Source: Eledone cirrhosa (Eukaryota). Taken from it: a stretch of DNA of 64,000 nt. A program made the position numbers and the translations under genes. Positions 39,288 to 53,551 of this stretch are shown piece by piece. Numbering within the stretch: the stretch's first letter is position 1; each line of letters starts with the position of its first letter. The stretch is from assembly GCA_964016885.1 (NCBI GenBank), contig OZ024741.1, forward strand, positions 196,168,001 to 196,232,000, in the 5' to 3' direction. The notes under the pieces were generated by a model. It saw only the letters and a list, made by a program, of their open reading frames with translations, did no database searches and was not told the origin of the DNA.

Positions 39288-41609
39288 TTATGTAATATTC
39301 GGCTTGTAGTGGGAAAAAAGGGTTTTAGTTCGGTGACGGCAGAATAATGTTCGTTCAATTCTGTTATTCAGCAGTTTCTTCTTGTGTGTGATTATGTAAT
39401 AAATCTCAAGATTACACAATTTGCAGAAATTTTGGCTCCTGGAAAAGCTTTGGGTTTTAGTTAATTTCTCCCATTTTAGGGTAAACTTTTGATCGCTATC
39501 CCTGAGCGTCCAAGCTTTTTCTGCTAAAGTTGTTACATTTCTTTGGCTCTGGTGTTTTATTGAGTAAGAATGCCTATATAATCGAGATTTAAACGATGTT
39601 GCCGTTGATCCTACGTAATACCACTCGTTGCCTCCGGATTTAATGGTACACTTATAAATAATATTTTTTTCCAGGCAGTTATTGCCGAGGGGGCAGTTGT
39701 CAGGATAGGTGCAGTTACAGTTGTGTACGTTGGGTTTTCTCTGGAGTAGTATTGCGGACGAACTTAGGTGTGGTTTATTTATGTTCTGTAGTGTATTGTC
39801 TACTGTTTTTTTTTGTGTTCTTTGTACTTAAGTTTTTAGTGTTTTCGTTTAACCTTCTAGTATTGATTTTTTTATGTGTTGTTCAAGGTTTAACGCTGTA
39901 GAGTATGACAGTCTTATAGTGGTAGGGTTTAGGATTTTGTGGTATTTGTGTGATGTAGGAAAATGTCTCTTAATTATTTTAAAGAAGAGTACTGGTAAAT
40001 TTGTACTAATGGAACTATTGTATTCGGGGTTATACCATAAGTACTCTTTGCATCGCTTTCTATTAGTTTTGTTTGTTGGTTTACTGGTGTGCATACTATG
40101 GTAGTAAGTGTGGTTTGGTGTTGTGTTATTATATCTACCTATGTGGGATTTATTTTGGGTGTTTTGATTGTTCCCATCTATATACTCTATTTTGTTGAGG
40201 TAGCCTGCTTTACTAAGGGCGTTATCGTAGTACTCGGCGTGTTCCTTAAATACTTGTATGTTAGAAGATAGACCCGAGATTCTAAGGGAAATATTTTTAG
40301 GGATAGATTTAATTATAGAGATGGGGTGGTTAGACCCAACATTTACGTATTTGAGATTTTCATTCAATTTATGAAACGGTTTAATCAGACCAGAGTTTAA
40401 ATTGAGTGTGACATCCAGGAAGTTAACTACTTTAAGGTTGTATTCATATGTTATAGTTAGTCCTATTTCGAGTAGTAGTTTTCTTATATCTTTGCGTAGT
40501 TTTTCTAGTTTTTGGTTATTTAGGTTTTTAACTAGGAGGAGAACATCGTCGCGGTATATTCCGCCGTGGAGATTGCTGAATTTTTCCTGGAGTCTAAAGG
40601 CGATAAATAACCCCACAATATCAGTTATTTCCGCCGAATCGTTAGAGCCCATTGTTATGTCAAAGTTAGAGGGTCTATCTTTACGTACCCAATAACTGTT
40701 CTCAAATTTGACTATAGTTTTCCTAGCTTCTAATATAATCTTAATTTCGTCGTTTGTAAGGTCAGAGTTGTCCTTAGCAAACTTAATGGCTCTATTCAAA
40801 GTTTCAGGTGATATCGATGAGTAATATTCATCGATATCAAACTGGATAAACTTAGATTTATTCTTATTGCTAATGCTATTAAACCATCTTATTGCTTCTT
40901 GGGTTTTCCCCCAGAGTTTAATGTTAACCTTAGCCTTAATTTGGGGGATGATTCTATCTAAGATATATTTGCTTATTTTACCTATATCTGATTTAGAGGG
41001 GCAGATTAATCTAATTTTAGGGTCATTATCAAAGTTTACCTTATGGTCCTTAAGATTGAAGGTGGGTACCGCCGGTAAGAGTGGTCCTGTCCTATCTTCG
41101 ATTCCGAGATTTTTCACTATTTCGCATGCCTCATCATTGATGTGCTTAAGAGTTACTTCATTCGTTTTTCTATATTTTTTATGTAATTCTTTTCGAATGA
41201 AGTTGTTGTATGTAGTGCAATCCATAGTATACAGGTTTGATGTTTTGTCCGCTTTTACTACAATTCCTTTGGTGTTTTTAAGGTCGTCCAGTAGTTTTTT
41301 AATATCTTTCTGTAATTTGTTGTTGGTGTTACGTCCTTTGAATTTAATTTTAAGGATTAAGTTCATAAGGTCCTGCTCAAATGCATCTAATAGTGGGTTG
41401 GTGGGTGGGTTTTTACACGTTCTAAAACCGAATTTGTTGTTTACACCACTTTCTAATGGTGAGTTCATACGGCTTCTATAATAGTGGAACGTTTTCCACC
41501 TGACACGTCGAATGAATTCATTAGTTTTTTGAATCATACTCAATAAGTATTCCTTTTTACCTTGGGTTGGTATGTTTTTGAGTGACATATCCAGGTAGTG
41601 TTTTTCCAT
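39288..41609 (-). CDS. Penelope-like RT plus GIY-YIG endonuclease (773 codons before the terminal stop; two TAA in the linker)
   Basis: SLKNIP, KADKT, FDIDEYY, MGS and YRDD RT motifs, then CNC...CPL...C, IIY...YVG, CKLC and N.R.E...CRH in the same frame downstream of the stop at 39849. Confidence 0.9.
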
Positions 41610-41991
41610 TGTTGTGGTTGCGTTTGCTGTGTGGGTTGCTCGACTTTACAGGAGGTAAATATACAGTATTTTCCGTTGTGTTGTAATTTCCCACTACAAG
41701 CCGAATATTACATAAAAGAGGGACATCCCCCCAACTATATAAACCTCAATCTAGTTAGAAAAATATAAAAACAATCTCTTCTCAACATATATATGTATAT
41801 TAATAACCTCAAATTACCACACTAATAATGGAAAGATATGCTGATGAGAATAGGTGCAAAAATGCGATAATGAATGTGTCTAAAAGCGACCATAAGTATG
41901 TATATATATGTGAAAATGTATATAAATAAGTAAATATATATATATGTTTGATGTGTATAGTTAGATGTAAGTGTATTCATGTATTAAAGTG

Positions 41992-42050
<59 letters not shown>

Positions 42051-42580
42051 GTATATATACATAGACTAGAGTATGTATGTATATATGTGTGTGTCTATAC
42101 GTGTGTATATAAAGATAAGTTGAGTATGAAAATGTATACACATGAACGCGTATGTATGTACATGAATACATGTGTGTATATATATATGTATGCATGTGTA
42201 TATGTATGTAAGTATGAACATGTTACTATGTGAATGTGAGTACATGTATTTTGTAGAGGTGTGCAAATATGTTTGTGTGTGAATGCGTGGGTGAAAGGAT
42301 ACGTACACTCGAAAGAAAAATTTAAGTCTGAATGTTAATTAAGTGCAAACACAAAACCAACCACGCATATCTTTACTATCTCTAATCCTTCTATAGATTT
42401 AGAAAAATAACCAATAATATATTCTATAAAAATGTCAAAACAACAGATGGGAATCTAATTACTCACTGCAACCAAAAATTCTCACAGCTATCAAAAAACC
42501 ACTCCCTCAACTATTCTTCTAACAACTTCACCCCTCCCTCCTAATATTCTCTATAAAAACCAAACAGGTCCTCAGTAATA

Positions 42581-42702
42581 TTATTCTGATGAAATGACAG
42601 TAAATAATAACATTGAAATATTGAATGTCTGCATAACTAATTACTTTGTAGATAGCAGCTGTTTTCAGGTTATGTAACTGTTATAGAAACACGTGTCAAT
42701 AA
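42581..42702 (+). ncRNA. Hammerhead ribozyme in the inverted Penelope pseudo-LTR
   Basis: ttatt-CTGATGA-a-atgacagt...actgttat-a-GAAAC-acgt-GTC-aataa; predicted cleavage after 42697. Confidence 0.85.
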
Positions 42703-42736
42703 ATTCCTTTCAACTAAACTGTATCCATTCAAATCT

Positions 42737-42780
<44 letters not shown>

Positions 42781-42981
42781 TTAAGGATACTATTTATGGT
42801 TATGTATATAATAAAACTTTTTATCGTTATATATTTTTCATATACAAACCCCAAATAGTGAAAGATAGTCATTCATTACTATCTTATTACCAGTAAGATA
42901 AATAGCTCAATGTAATAACGGTTTGGAGGAAACAATTGTAAGCAAATAAATGATTTAAACTGAACTTTGATTATTGTAATA

Positions 42982-43051
<70 letters not shown>

Positions 43052-43139
43052 AGGAATGGTAAAAATGAGATAAGAAATAGTTATTGTTGTATGAGATAAC
43101 ATGGTTATTAGATGAAATAACAAGTATAATAAGAATAGG

Positions 43140-43820
43140 TGTAATAACGAGAATATAAAGAATAAATGATTTGGTTTATATATGGTTTACTTCACGTGAA
43201 TCAATTAAAATGTACAATAAACAAGTTACCATAAGTTGCAAAGATTGACAATATTATTTTGTTGTTGATGTGAGGCTGTTGTAGTCTGTTGTTGTTGTTG
43301 GTGTGAAAACAGCGAGAGAACAGATTATGTTGTTTGTGTTGTTGTTGGAGTCCGTGGTAATAGTTGAGACCATAGTGAGTGAAAGAGAGTAATGGTTTGT
43401 ATACCTCTGAATGGTCTGTAATTGGTTGTAGATCACTGTGGCTTGTACATGGTCTGTAGGAGTAGGGTTCCAATCTCTCTGTGTGTATCTGTAGACCTCA
43501 TGGGGCCTGTTTATAGTGGTGAATCTTTCACATAGCTTGTTCTGTAGTGGAGTGCTCCGATGTCTCTATTTCTGTAGATCACTGGGGTCTGTAGATGGCA
43601 GTGAATCCTTACATAGTTTGTTGTGTATCCTAGCGTTCCGATGTCTCTGTGTCTAAGGTGGGAAAATATAGGCTTTATATACCTATCGCTTCCTGTCTCC
43701 CCCCCCCCCCCCCTGACGGCATAGTCAACACATCAACCTGTCTACACCAAAAGGGTGTTGACCTAGAATTTGACCTTTAGGTGTCACCCAAGGTTCAAGG
43801 CGCGGACAGATTTCGCTACT
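43140..43820 (-). mobile_element. Solo-LTR-like repeat (family B)
   Basis: Homologous to 44517-45050 (+; begins TGTAGCGAA) and 15917-~16140 (+); minus-strand end ...TTACA; internal TATAAAGCC. Confidence 0.5.
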
Positions 43821-43822
43821 CG

Positions 43823-43856
<34 letters not shown>

Positions 43857-43875
43857 CATATATACATATATATAC

Positions 43876-43978
<103 letters not shown>

Positions 43979-44245
43979 ATAAAATCAGAATTATTTCTCG
44001 CCCTAGCACAGCTGATACATAATTGTAAGTATGCATACGTACACACACACACACACACATAACACACACACACACACACACACACATATAACACATATAT
44101 ATGTACATATGGGTTATATCGAACATTAATAAGAATATTCGATTCGTTTGTAATCAAACGGCCCGATAACGCTGTGCCGTGCCGATGACTAATCGTTTGT
44201 TCAACTATATATTTTCAACCGTTCAACAGATTGGCAGAGAGGTAA

Positions 44246-44288
44246 ACGGCCCTGATGAAGGGCAATTACCCAGAAACATGTTGATTGT
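44246..44288 (+). ncRNA. Minimal hammerhead ribozyme inside a short inverted-repeat element (44100-44416)
   Basis: acggcc-CTGATGA-a-GGG-caatta-CCC-a-GAAAC-at-GTT-gattgt; palindromic AACATGTT; stem I partly decayed. Confidence 0.65.
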
Positions 44289-44422
44289 TCTCCGGCGCCA
44301 GTTTTGAACAAACGGATGACGATTAGTCATCGGCACGGCACAGCTTTAATCGGGCTGTTTGTTTACAAACGAAACGAATATTATCATTAATGTTCGATAT
44401 AACCTATACGTACATATGTATA

Positions 44423-44483
<61 letters not shown>

Positions 44484-44516
44484 AGATATAAATATAGATA
44501 TAGATATAGATATATA

Positions 44517-44769
44517 TGTAGCGAAATTTGTCCACGTCTTAAACCTTGGGTGACACCTAAAGGTCAAGCTCTAGGTCACCACCCTTTTGGTGTGAACAGG
44601 TTCATGCGTGGGCCATCCCTTCGAGGTGGGAGACAGAAAGCGACAGGTATATAAAGCCTGTATTTTCCCACCTTACAACAGAGAGATCCGAGCATTACGC
44701 TAGCAACAAGCTATGTAAAGATCACCACTATCTACAGGCCACAGTGGTCTACAGTCAACTACAGACCAT

Positions 44770-44857
<88 letters not shown>

Positions 44858-45050
44858 ATGGTCTCAGACTACATCAACCTCATGAACCGACAACAAAAAT
44901 AACATTGTGAAACTTGTGGTAATATGTTTATTGTTCTTTTTGATTGAAGTGAAGTAAACCTTTATATATAAAGTAAAAACTATTCTTGTTTTTTCATCTA
45001 ACAACCATGTTAATCCATCTAACAATTTTATACTAATACCCTTCGTTATA
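44517..45050 (+). mobile_element. Solo-LTR-like repeat (family B)
   Basis: Starts TGTAGCGAA; inverted homologue of 43140-43820. Confidence 0.5.
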
Positions 45051-45677
45051 TATATAGAGAGAGGGGTGGTGTTTACACGTCTGGATCAAGGAACACATCA
45101 AAACTAGGGCCTCGTCTTTCCGAATAAACATAATCAAATGCAGAAACAAAGATAGAAGGCCCATTGTCACAGTGTTGGCGAAGGAGCGCAATGTCGGCAC
45201 TTTACAGATTAAGGAGGCACTCTGGATTAAACGTCTCGGACCACGACTCGATAATCGATCCGAGAGAAGTGAGACGAGATGGCAGGTGTAAATAAATGGA
45301 ACAAGAACACACACACACACAGTGACAATCGACCGATTGTTATTGTGTGTATACCGTGTCCACCACCCACCGAGCGACAGACAACAGATAGACTACTATC
45401 AGCTTGCCTGCCACTTGACCCCACTACCACTGACAAAACGCAAAGACTTGACAGCGATGATACCTACACATAAACCCACCACTACCACCACCACTGCTCT
45501 AGAATAGAAGAAGTGATGTAGTGGTCAAACCACGATTATTGGGGCTTTAGAATATATTGCTAACTGCCTTGGTACAAATCTTGAAGAAGTAGGGCTTCAC
45601 AGAATTAGAAAGGGCACGGCTAGTTTGGAAGTTGCAAGTACAGTCCATTCTATGTTAGAAACCGACTCTCTCTCACA

Positions 45678-45760
<83 letters not shown>

Positions 45761-47401
45761 ATTCGCCCACTTATTCCTGAGAGGGTCGTGAGGGAAGAGC
45801 CCTCAAACACTCCTTCCAGTGGGTCCTGTCAGAAGCAACGTCTGCAACTGATTCGGCTGGAACCCCAAGCGAGACCATCAAAGCTTATGGATATTATCCA
45901 ACCATCTTGCTTGGAGTCTACTCCATAGTCTCCTGTCGGTTGGTTTTTCCCGTAAAATCTGTCCAGTGACCCAGCGAATCTTTTCTGAGACATTCTAACT
46001 GCATCTCTATATATATATTATTTTAACAATTATCATGCATAAATTAAGTTGTATTCAGATGTGTTGCACGGAAATCAAAAAACCAAGCATATGAGTGTCC
46101 TATGGTCTAATAATGATTTCTAATTTACGCATAAGGCCAGAAAATTTAGAGGAAGAGCAAAATTGATTAATTGGTCTAATATTTGTTTCTACTTTTGGCA
46201 CATCACCATCAATTTTGAAAGAAAGGGAAAAGTCAACTAAATTGGCCACATTACTTTACTGGTACTTTTTATTGACCCTGGAAGAATGAAAAGCAAAATT
46301 GACCTTGGCAGCATTTGAACTAAGAATGTAAAAGGCCGTAACTACATGCTGTAAAACCTTATGTCAGGCGCTCTAGCGATTCTGCCAATCGACCACTCTT
46401 CTATTGTCTAATATTTGCTTCTACTTTTGGCACAAGGCCAACAATTATCCCAGTGTATGACTGGTACTAAAATGTGTGGCCTTGTGCCAATATTAAAATC
46501 TGTATTATCAACAAGAGTTTCTTGTTTTCTCTTTTCTATCTCTTTTTAACCTGCAGTGTGCGAGGGTCATCGGTGTGACGTCACACTGATTAGACACAAA
46601 ACACTACTTATTTTTTCATTATGTTTATAAAACATCCTATTCTATTAACTCTACTTGTTAGCTGCAAAGTTTTCCGGTTTGGCAAATGTGTTTTCTTTGG
46701 CGGAATTGTTTTCTTATCAATAACAATCTTTAAACTTGTTTTGTTCATTTGATAGTGAGTGTTAAGTATGTGTATGTTGTCCATACATTAGTCTTCTCCA
46801 TAAAAAGTGTTAGGTAACTTGAGTTTTTTTTTCCTACTCTCCAAAAGAGACATCCAGAGCCGGTACTTTAAATGATTTCATGTCGTCAACAGATAACAGA
46901 TAATATTTTCCATTGACGCTTGTCTATCGCCAGTAATTACTAATTATAATTAGTCTAAATTTATCAACAAGGTATATTCCCGATAGATGAGTGAAACAAT
47001 CTAGATTAATGGGATTTGTGAATAAAGAAACGGACGCCAGTAAAGGTGTTGATCTCATACCTTATCAATATCTGTGGAGGGAGTCCATTTATGAGGGAGG
47101 CACCTTATGGCGGATGTGCTTTAAGAGGAAGTCGCTGTGCAATATGTTGTATTCTTTGTGGGAGAGGGGGGAGCGGTAAATTCAGAGGCTACCCCGGACG
47201 GCACACACTGTAGCTACTCCACTGTACTTTATCTTCTCGACCATCTCGACTCTATACGTGATGTAATTGCTAAGCTATCAAAATTGCATAAAATGTTTAC
47301 AAACTTATAAGAGAATTCCATAAAGCTAAAGTCGATTTCATTTACACGCATTGGACGCCTGGTTGGTACTGGAATTAACTACTTCATTTAAAGAATAAGA
47401 G

Positions 47402-49695
47402 TGTAGTGGACAAATGTTATTCTTTTATGGATGAATGATGAATTGTGATGTTGACAATGTTTATTTTACAATAACAATATTCACTTGTTGGTACGTTAAA
47501 CATCAAGTAATAAAAATTGTGACGTGAATCATCACTACATTAATTAGCTGACTAGCTTCTGCGAGCTAGCGTAAATGCATGTATCACAGAAAACGATATA
47601 GTAAAAGTTGTGTTGTATTTTGCAGATACAATGTGACAGCGAGATTGAAGAATAGATGAAGCGTAGCAGTAAACAAATGAAACTTACTATGTGTGTGTAT
47701 GTGTGTGTGTGTGTATTCTTAGTATACGTTATTGCCGTAGTAGTAGTCGTAGTCGATCTGTTAGTCTGGTATGAAATGTGAGAACAGTAAACAGACTGGT
47801 TTTTCGTGAAGAGAAATTTCACAGAGTTAGTAGAACCTTCTTCTCTCGTCTGTGTTATCACTATGTCTGCTGGATACCCCAAGTCCTTGTATTTATAATA
47901 ATGCTATAGCTAGAAGGATGTGTATATGTCTCATGAAATCACAGGTCAAGTGGTATGTACGTTTATCATCCTGTTTCTTGACAGGACAATCGTGGGGAAA
48001 CTCCCATTAATGGGTGGTCTCAGATGCGAGAACTCTTAGATTCGGCTTCGAATCTTCGCCGGGTAATTTATAGGAGAATTCCGTTACAGTACGCCCTCCC
48101 CCCTTCTAGTGAGAAAGCTAAGAATCAAACGATCTAGGTGTGTGTGGAGTTAAAATAGGTATGACTAGGTGGGCCATCGGACTGTTCTTCCCGATTTAGT
48201 GTGTCGGGGTTGTGCAGAATTCGTAGTGTTTGTGTCGGGTAAAGTTGTTGGTGAGTCTGTTGGGGGAACGGTGGGAACTTGTGGCAGATTCTGTTCCATG
48301 AATGCTTTTTTTTAATCGGTCAATGGAGACAGTATTTCGTTTTCCGTTCATATCGAGGACGAAATACTTTGATTGTTTCTGCATTATTTTATAGGGCCCG
48401 GAATACAGTGAACGAAATTGAGACGATATACCGTCATTTAGAACGAAAACATGCGTCATTTAAATACCGTCATTTAGAGCGAAAACATGCGTCATTTGGT
48501 ACACGAGAAGTGACGTGCTGTTGTTTAGGGGCTGAAGGAGACAGATGCGACATCAATGGCCGTAAACGATGTACATATTTTGCTGGGTTTGAAAGTTCCT
48601 GTGGCGAAACAGGGGCGATCATTTGCCCAGGTAGAGTGAGTGCCGTGCCATAAACCAGTTCAGCCGGAGTATGTCCGACTCCCTCCTTAACAGCGGAAGG
48701 AATACCAAGAAGAATGAGTGGGAGGTATTCGAAGAAGTTAGCGGAGTCTGAGTAAGCCTTGATGGCTGCTTTTAGCTGACGGTGAAAGCGTTCAACCATG
48801 CCGTTAGCTGCAGGGTGATAAGCCGTTGTGCGGATGTGTTTACACCCGTGGAGACGAGTCAGCTCGGTAAAGAGGTGAGAATCGAACTGACGTCCTCTAT
48901 CCGTAGTGATGGTCGCAGGTGTGTCGAAACGCGATACCCAGTGAAACACTAGCGTTTTGGCGAGTTTCCGCGGAAATATCCGTCAGGAGAAAAGCTTCTG
49001 GCCAGCGAGAAAATCGGTCAACACAGGTGAGAAGATGAGTGCAGTTGTGAGAAGGAAGCAGAGGTGGAATGATGTCGATGTGCACGTGTTGGAAACGTGC
49101 ATCAGGTGTTGCGAAGGATCCGATCGGAGCTTTGATGTGCCGGTGAATTTTTGCCTTCTGGCACGCTATACAGTTCCTAGCCCATTCGCGGGTGTCCTTG
49201 TTGATATTGGGCCACACAAAGTGGGCAACCACCAGTTTCTGCGTGGCGTGGACGTTAGGATGTGCCAGAGAATGCAGTGCCGGAAAAACGTCGCGTCGAT
49301 GTTTCCGGGGCACGTATGGGCGTTCATGGCCGGTGGAGATGTCACACCAAATATATCCTGAAGCAGAGGGTAGTGGGCATTCTTGCAATTTCAAGGATGA
49401 TTTCCGGAGCTGTAGCAGTTCCTCGTCATCTTGTTGATCAGCTGCAATCTGCTGGAGATCGACAGTGGCAGTGGTGTGTAATGCAGTGAAGAATGTGATT
49501 TATAAGCGTCCTGTTCACCATTATGTGGTGAGAAGGCTGTGTTGCTTTAGCGCGGGGTCACTATTTGTAGTGAGAATGGTGACTGCTGACGTGATTCGAA
49601 CTCACAAGTTCGAATCACGTCAGCAGTCACCATTTGTAGTGAGAAGGCTGTGGGTTCGAATCACGTCGAGTAATTTATAGGTGAATTCTGTTACA
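47402..49695 (-). mobile_element. Internally deleted Ty3/Gypsy LTR retrotransposon
   Basis: 3' LTR 47402-48088 (TG...CA), polypurine tract 48094-48105, stub of the 5' LTR ending at 49695, 4-bp TSD AGAG on both sides. Confidence 0.9.
48196..49460 (-). pseudogene. Frameshifted Gypsy integrase
   Basis: HHCC (HSLAH...CIAC), [24 protein letters not shown] and GPY motifs spread over three frames. Confidence 0.92.
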
Positions 49696-50439
49696 AGAGT
49701 GTCAGACAGAAAATGTATGTGGATATTAGTCATTTAAAGAAGTTAGTTAAAATCAAAAGATAAATCAATGGTGCATTCAATTTTAGATGAATCATCTTAC
49801 ACAAAAGCGTCATAAAAAGTCATTCACATTTTTAATCCCAAACTAATTTGAGATTTTATAAAGGATTGCACATTGTTGAATAAGATTTTAATTATATATA
49901 TATATATCATCATCATCATCATCAACGTTTAACGTCCGTGTTCCACGCTTGGGTTTGGACGGGGGTATTCCCACTTGAGGCAAGAGTGATTGTCTTGCTC
50001 GCATAGGACTGTCTGGCAGGTTTTCTACAGCTGGATGCCCTTCCTAACACCAACCACATTTACAGTGTGGGTCTGGGAGGTTTTTACCGTGTTGCCTACA
50101 CGGCCACATTACAGCGTGGACTGTGTGTTTTTTTGTCGTGACACCTACACGATCTCATTTGTTTCGGCCTGGATGTTGTGGCACCAACATAACTTTACAT
50201 AGGAGGAGGTGGTGAGGATGGGGTGTGGGTGGTGGGACGGGGGTGTATTTTGTTAGAGATGCCTACTGGCTGTAGTAGGTTTTACTATGTATTTAGGTAA
50301 GGCGGGTCTTCTCTATTACTGAGTACCGCCAAAGGTCTCGGTCCAGTGACATTGTCTTGGAGAGGTGTAAGTGTGTGAGGTCGGAGTTTATCAGCTCGTC
50401 CCAGGATTTTCTAGGTCTGCCTATATATATATATATACA

Positions 50440-50523
<84 letters not shown>

Positions 50524-50799
50524 TGTAATAAACAACGTAAGACAATTATTCCATTTAAAATATTGAGAAGAATAAAAAGATAACCTATCAAATTTTAATT
50601 TTCAAGACCAACCAACATTTCAGACAAGGTGAACAAAGACTTTGTTAGCTTCGAACGGGTCATATTTCTTTAAACTCTATTCAATTACGAACAGTTATAG
50701 AATCACCTTTATGTTCTTGTGTGAATTATTCAACAACTTTATGGAATTATTTGTTCCAATATCTGAGCTATGGACAACCTATAGGCAACACAAAATGGC

Positions 50800-52712
50800 A
50801 AGAAAGGTTTCATCAAAACTGTCTTAGATAGATTTTAGGAATTAAGTGTACATCTTTGACACCAGATAAAGAAGTACTGAAGAGAGCTGGTTGTAAAAGT
50901 ATTGAAAAGTTATTTACAGTCAGATGTGTTGCATTGGTCCATTTATTAGGCTGGACGATTCCAGGTTGCGCAAGAGAGTGTTATATGAAGAGCTTGTAAC
51001 GGATAAGATGTTATTTTTTGATGGGTGATTGATGAAAAGAGTAATGCCATGAGTGAGTTGTTAACAACGTTTATTTTATAATAACAATATTCACATTGAA
51101 CATCGAGTAATAATATTTATGATATGAATTATCCCTACATTAATTTGCTAGCTTCTACGAGCCAGCGTAATTGCATGTATCACAGAAAACGATATAGTAA
51201 AAGTTGTGTTGTATCTTACAGATACAATATGACAGGAAGAATAGAATGAGCGTAGAATTCTTATAATACATTATTCGTCTTAAGGGTGCTGCTTCATATC
51301 TGGCTGTGTCTGTGGCCGATAAGGTGAGAGCCAGTAAGGGCCAGGAAAGAGAGATAGAGTGAAAGGTCTGCTGATGCCTACATGATTATCACTCGCTGAC
51401 TGCTGCTTCGAGTCTGTCCGTGTCTGTGGCCGGGAAGGTGATAACCAGTGAGGCCAGGAGAGAGAGAGAGTGAAAGGTCTGCTACATTGTGAACCTTAAC
51501 ACGGACTGCTTGCTTCGGTCTCTCTGGTCGTTAGATTCCTTAACTCCTTATATTTATAGTGCTATAGTTAGAAGGATGTGTATATAAGGTTGGTTTATGA
51601 TCAGCCATGTGGATATCGTCTCCCAGGAAGCTGTGATCAGAGGTCAAGTGGTATGTACGTTTATCATCGTTGTCTTTGACAAGACAATGGTGGGAAACTT
51701 TCCAATAATAGGTGGCCCCAGAGGCGAGAAACCTCAGATTCGGTTTCGAATTTTCGCCGGTAAAACATAGGTGTATTCCGTTATAAGATTTTAAAGAAAA
51801 AGATGCCAAATCATAAACCAAAGAAACGATTTAAAGATGTGGTTACGGATAATTTGAAGATTTTCGATATGAATATTAGAAATTGGTTGGTGTAGCAGAA
51901 TTACAGATGGTTGCGAGAAGTTTGAGGTAAAATGCATCAAACAATACATCAAACATGTAGAGCTCAAAAGATCTTTAAAATGTTAGTATCAGTGTCTATA
52001 TATTATTAAGAATGACAATAAATGCAGGTGAGTGTTGTGACATGGTTTTACTTCACAGAAGTCAAATAAATTAATAGAAATAATTTTTACCACATGTTTA
52101 TGGTCAGTTGGTCACAACTCCCAGACCGGAGTGTGTGGAGAAGAGCAGAAATCTTCTCTTGGTAAGGTTCAAGTGTTTCTTTAGGCTGCCGGCGCAGGAA
52201 GTGAGAGTTAATGTCTTGATGTCCTCAAATATATAGTCCCCAGGGGCACGCAACTCCATTCAGCACATGGATCTGCCACCGGGAGTCGCGACCGTCACAA
52301 AGGGACGCAACTCCTATACGTGCTGAGTTACAGCCGTAAGGGGCCGCTACAGATCCTTACGAAAGGAAGTAATCCAAACTTTAGATGTAATATGTGTGAA
52401 AGAGTACTAGTTTCTTGAGCTGGTCTCGTTAATCACCAAATATTGCACGTGGTTGGCGAGACACAGGCTGACTGTGATGATATTTTACCGCGGGGGCAAG
52501 ATAATTATATTTGTCATGTCTGTAGAAAAATTTGTTGTTCTCAAAGTAGTCTAAACAGACATTGTAATCAACATGATCAGGGCCGCAATATTCGTTTTAA
52601 GTGTGGTATTTGTGAGAAAACATGCGGCTTTGGGGTCGGTCTTAAGAGCCACTTACGTGTCCATTATCGGGTACTTATCGATGATTTTTTAAGAAAGAGA
52701 TGGCAGAATTGA
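50800..52712 (+). mobile_element. RTE LINE 3' remnant with C-terminal C2H2 zinc fingers, interrupted by a solo LTR
   Basis: IRLDDSRLRKRVLYEEL | LTR | KPKKRFKDVVTDNLK; three CX2CX12HX3H motifs at 52380-52670. Confidence 0.6.
50995..51785 (-). mobile_element. Solo LTR of the Gypsy family at 47402
   Basis: Homologous to 47402-48088; flanks AGCT/AGAT (imperfect TSD). Confidence 0.8.
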
Positions 52713-53551
52713 ATCAGCAATGATGGACACAGTTTTATAAAAACGTACAGACAACTGTATCTTTACCTCTTAAGCCACCTTACGGGCAGTGTAGTTTCGC
52801 ATAATAAAATGGTACTTCAAATGTGAGACCCGCTCTGTTGGTGAGATGCATATGAGACGATAATAAAACACAGAATGAACAGGAAAATTTATCGGTGTCT
52901 TTCGACGAAAGGAGATAAATTCGAGAAAAATTACGACTAGAATATATTTTAGTATGTGTAAAACGTAATTAGTTTTCGCTGAATTAGATTATTCCTAAAA
53001 TAAATGTATGAGATCACAAAAAAATAAATTACGGTTACTACTAGATTTTTGCTGTCACACACACACACGCGCGCTGTTTTGGACTACGCCTTGCACTTTT
53101 TAAAGGGATTTTAATCCAACGATATAAAAAGGACCCCGCCATGTACACACAGACAGATTTAACAATTGTATCACATTGTATTTTTTTGTGAAGTGAAGCA
53201 AAACTAGTTATTAAATTAATATTTTGGTACTAAACATTTTTTTAAGACTAGAATAAATACCGCAATGGCCCGACGTTCTACCAATTCTGCCAATCCACAA
53301 CTTTACCTTTCATCCTTACGGGGTCAATAAAATAAAGTACCAGTAATACACTAGGATAATTTCTGGCCTTGTGCCAAAAAGTAGAAACAATTATATATTA
53401 TGTACACAACTAACTATTAATTTCATTATTATCTCCATTTGTACTTACTATGGTTCGTAGTTTCATTGTGACATGTTCTTAACAATAATACCTTTTTATT
53501 TATTTCTGACTACAGTTAAACCTCCTATATGTAGTAATGGAGTCACCAGTA

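Noticed and set aside
40867-41481. 204-aa plus-strand ORF (and others at 39874-40695)
   Set aside because: Antisense shadows of the Penelope RT ORF.
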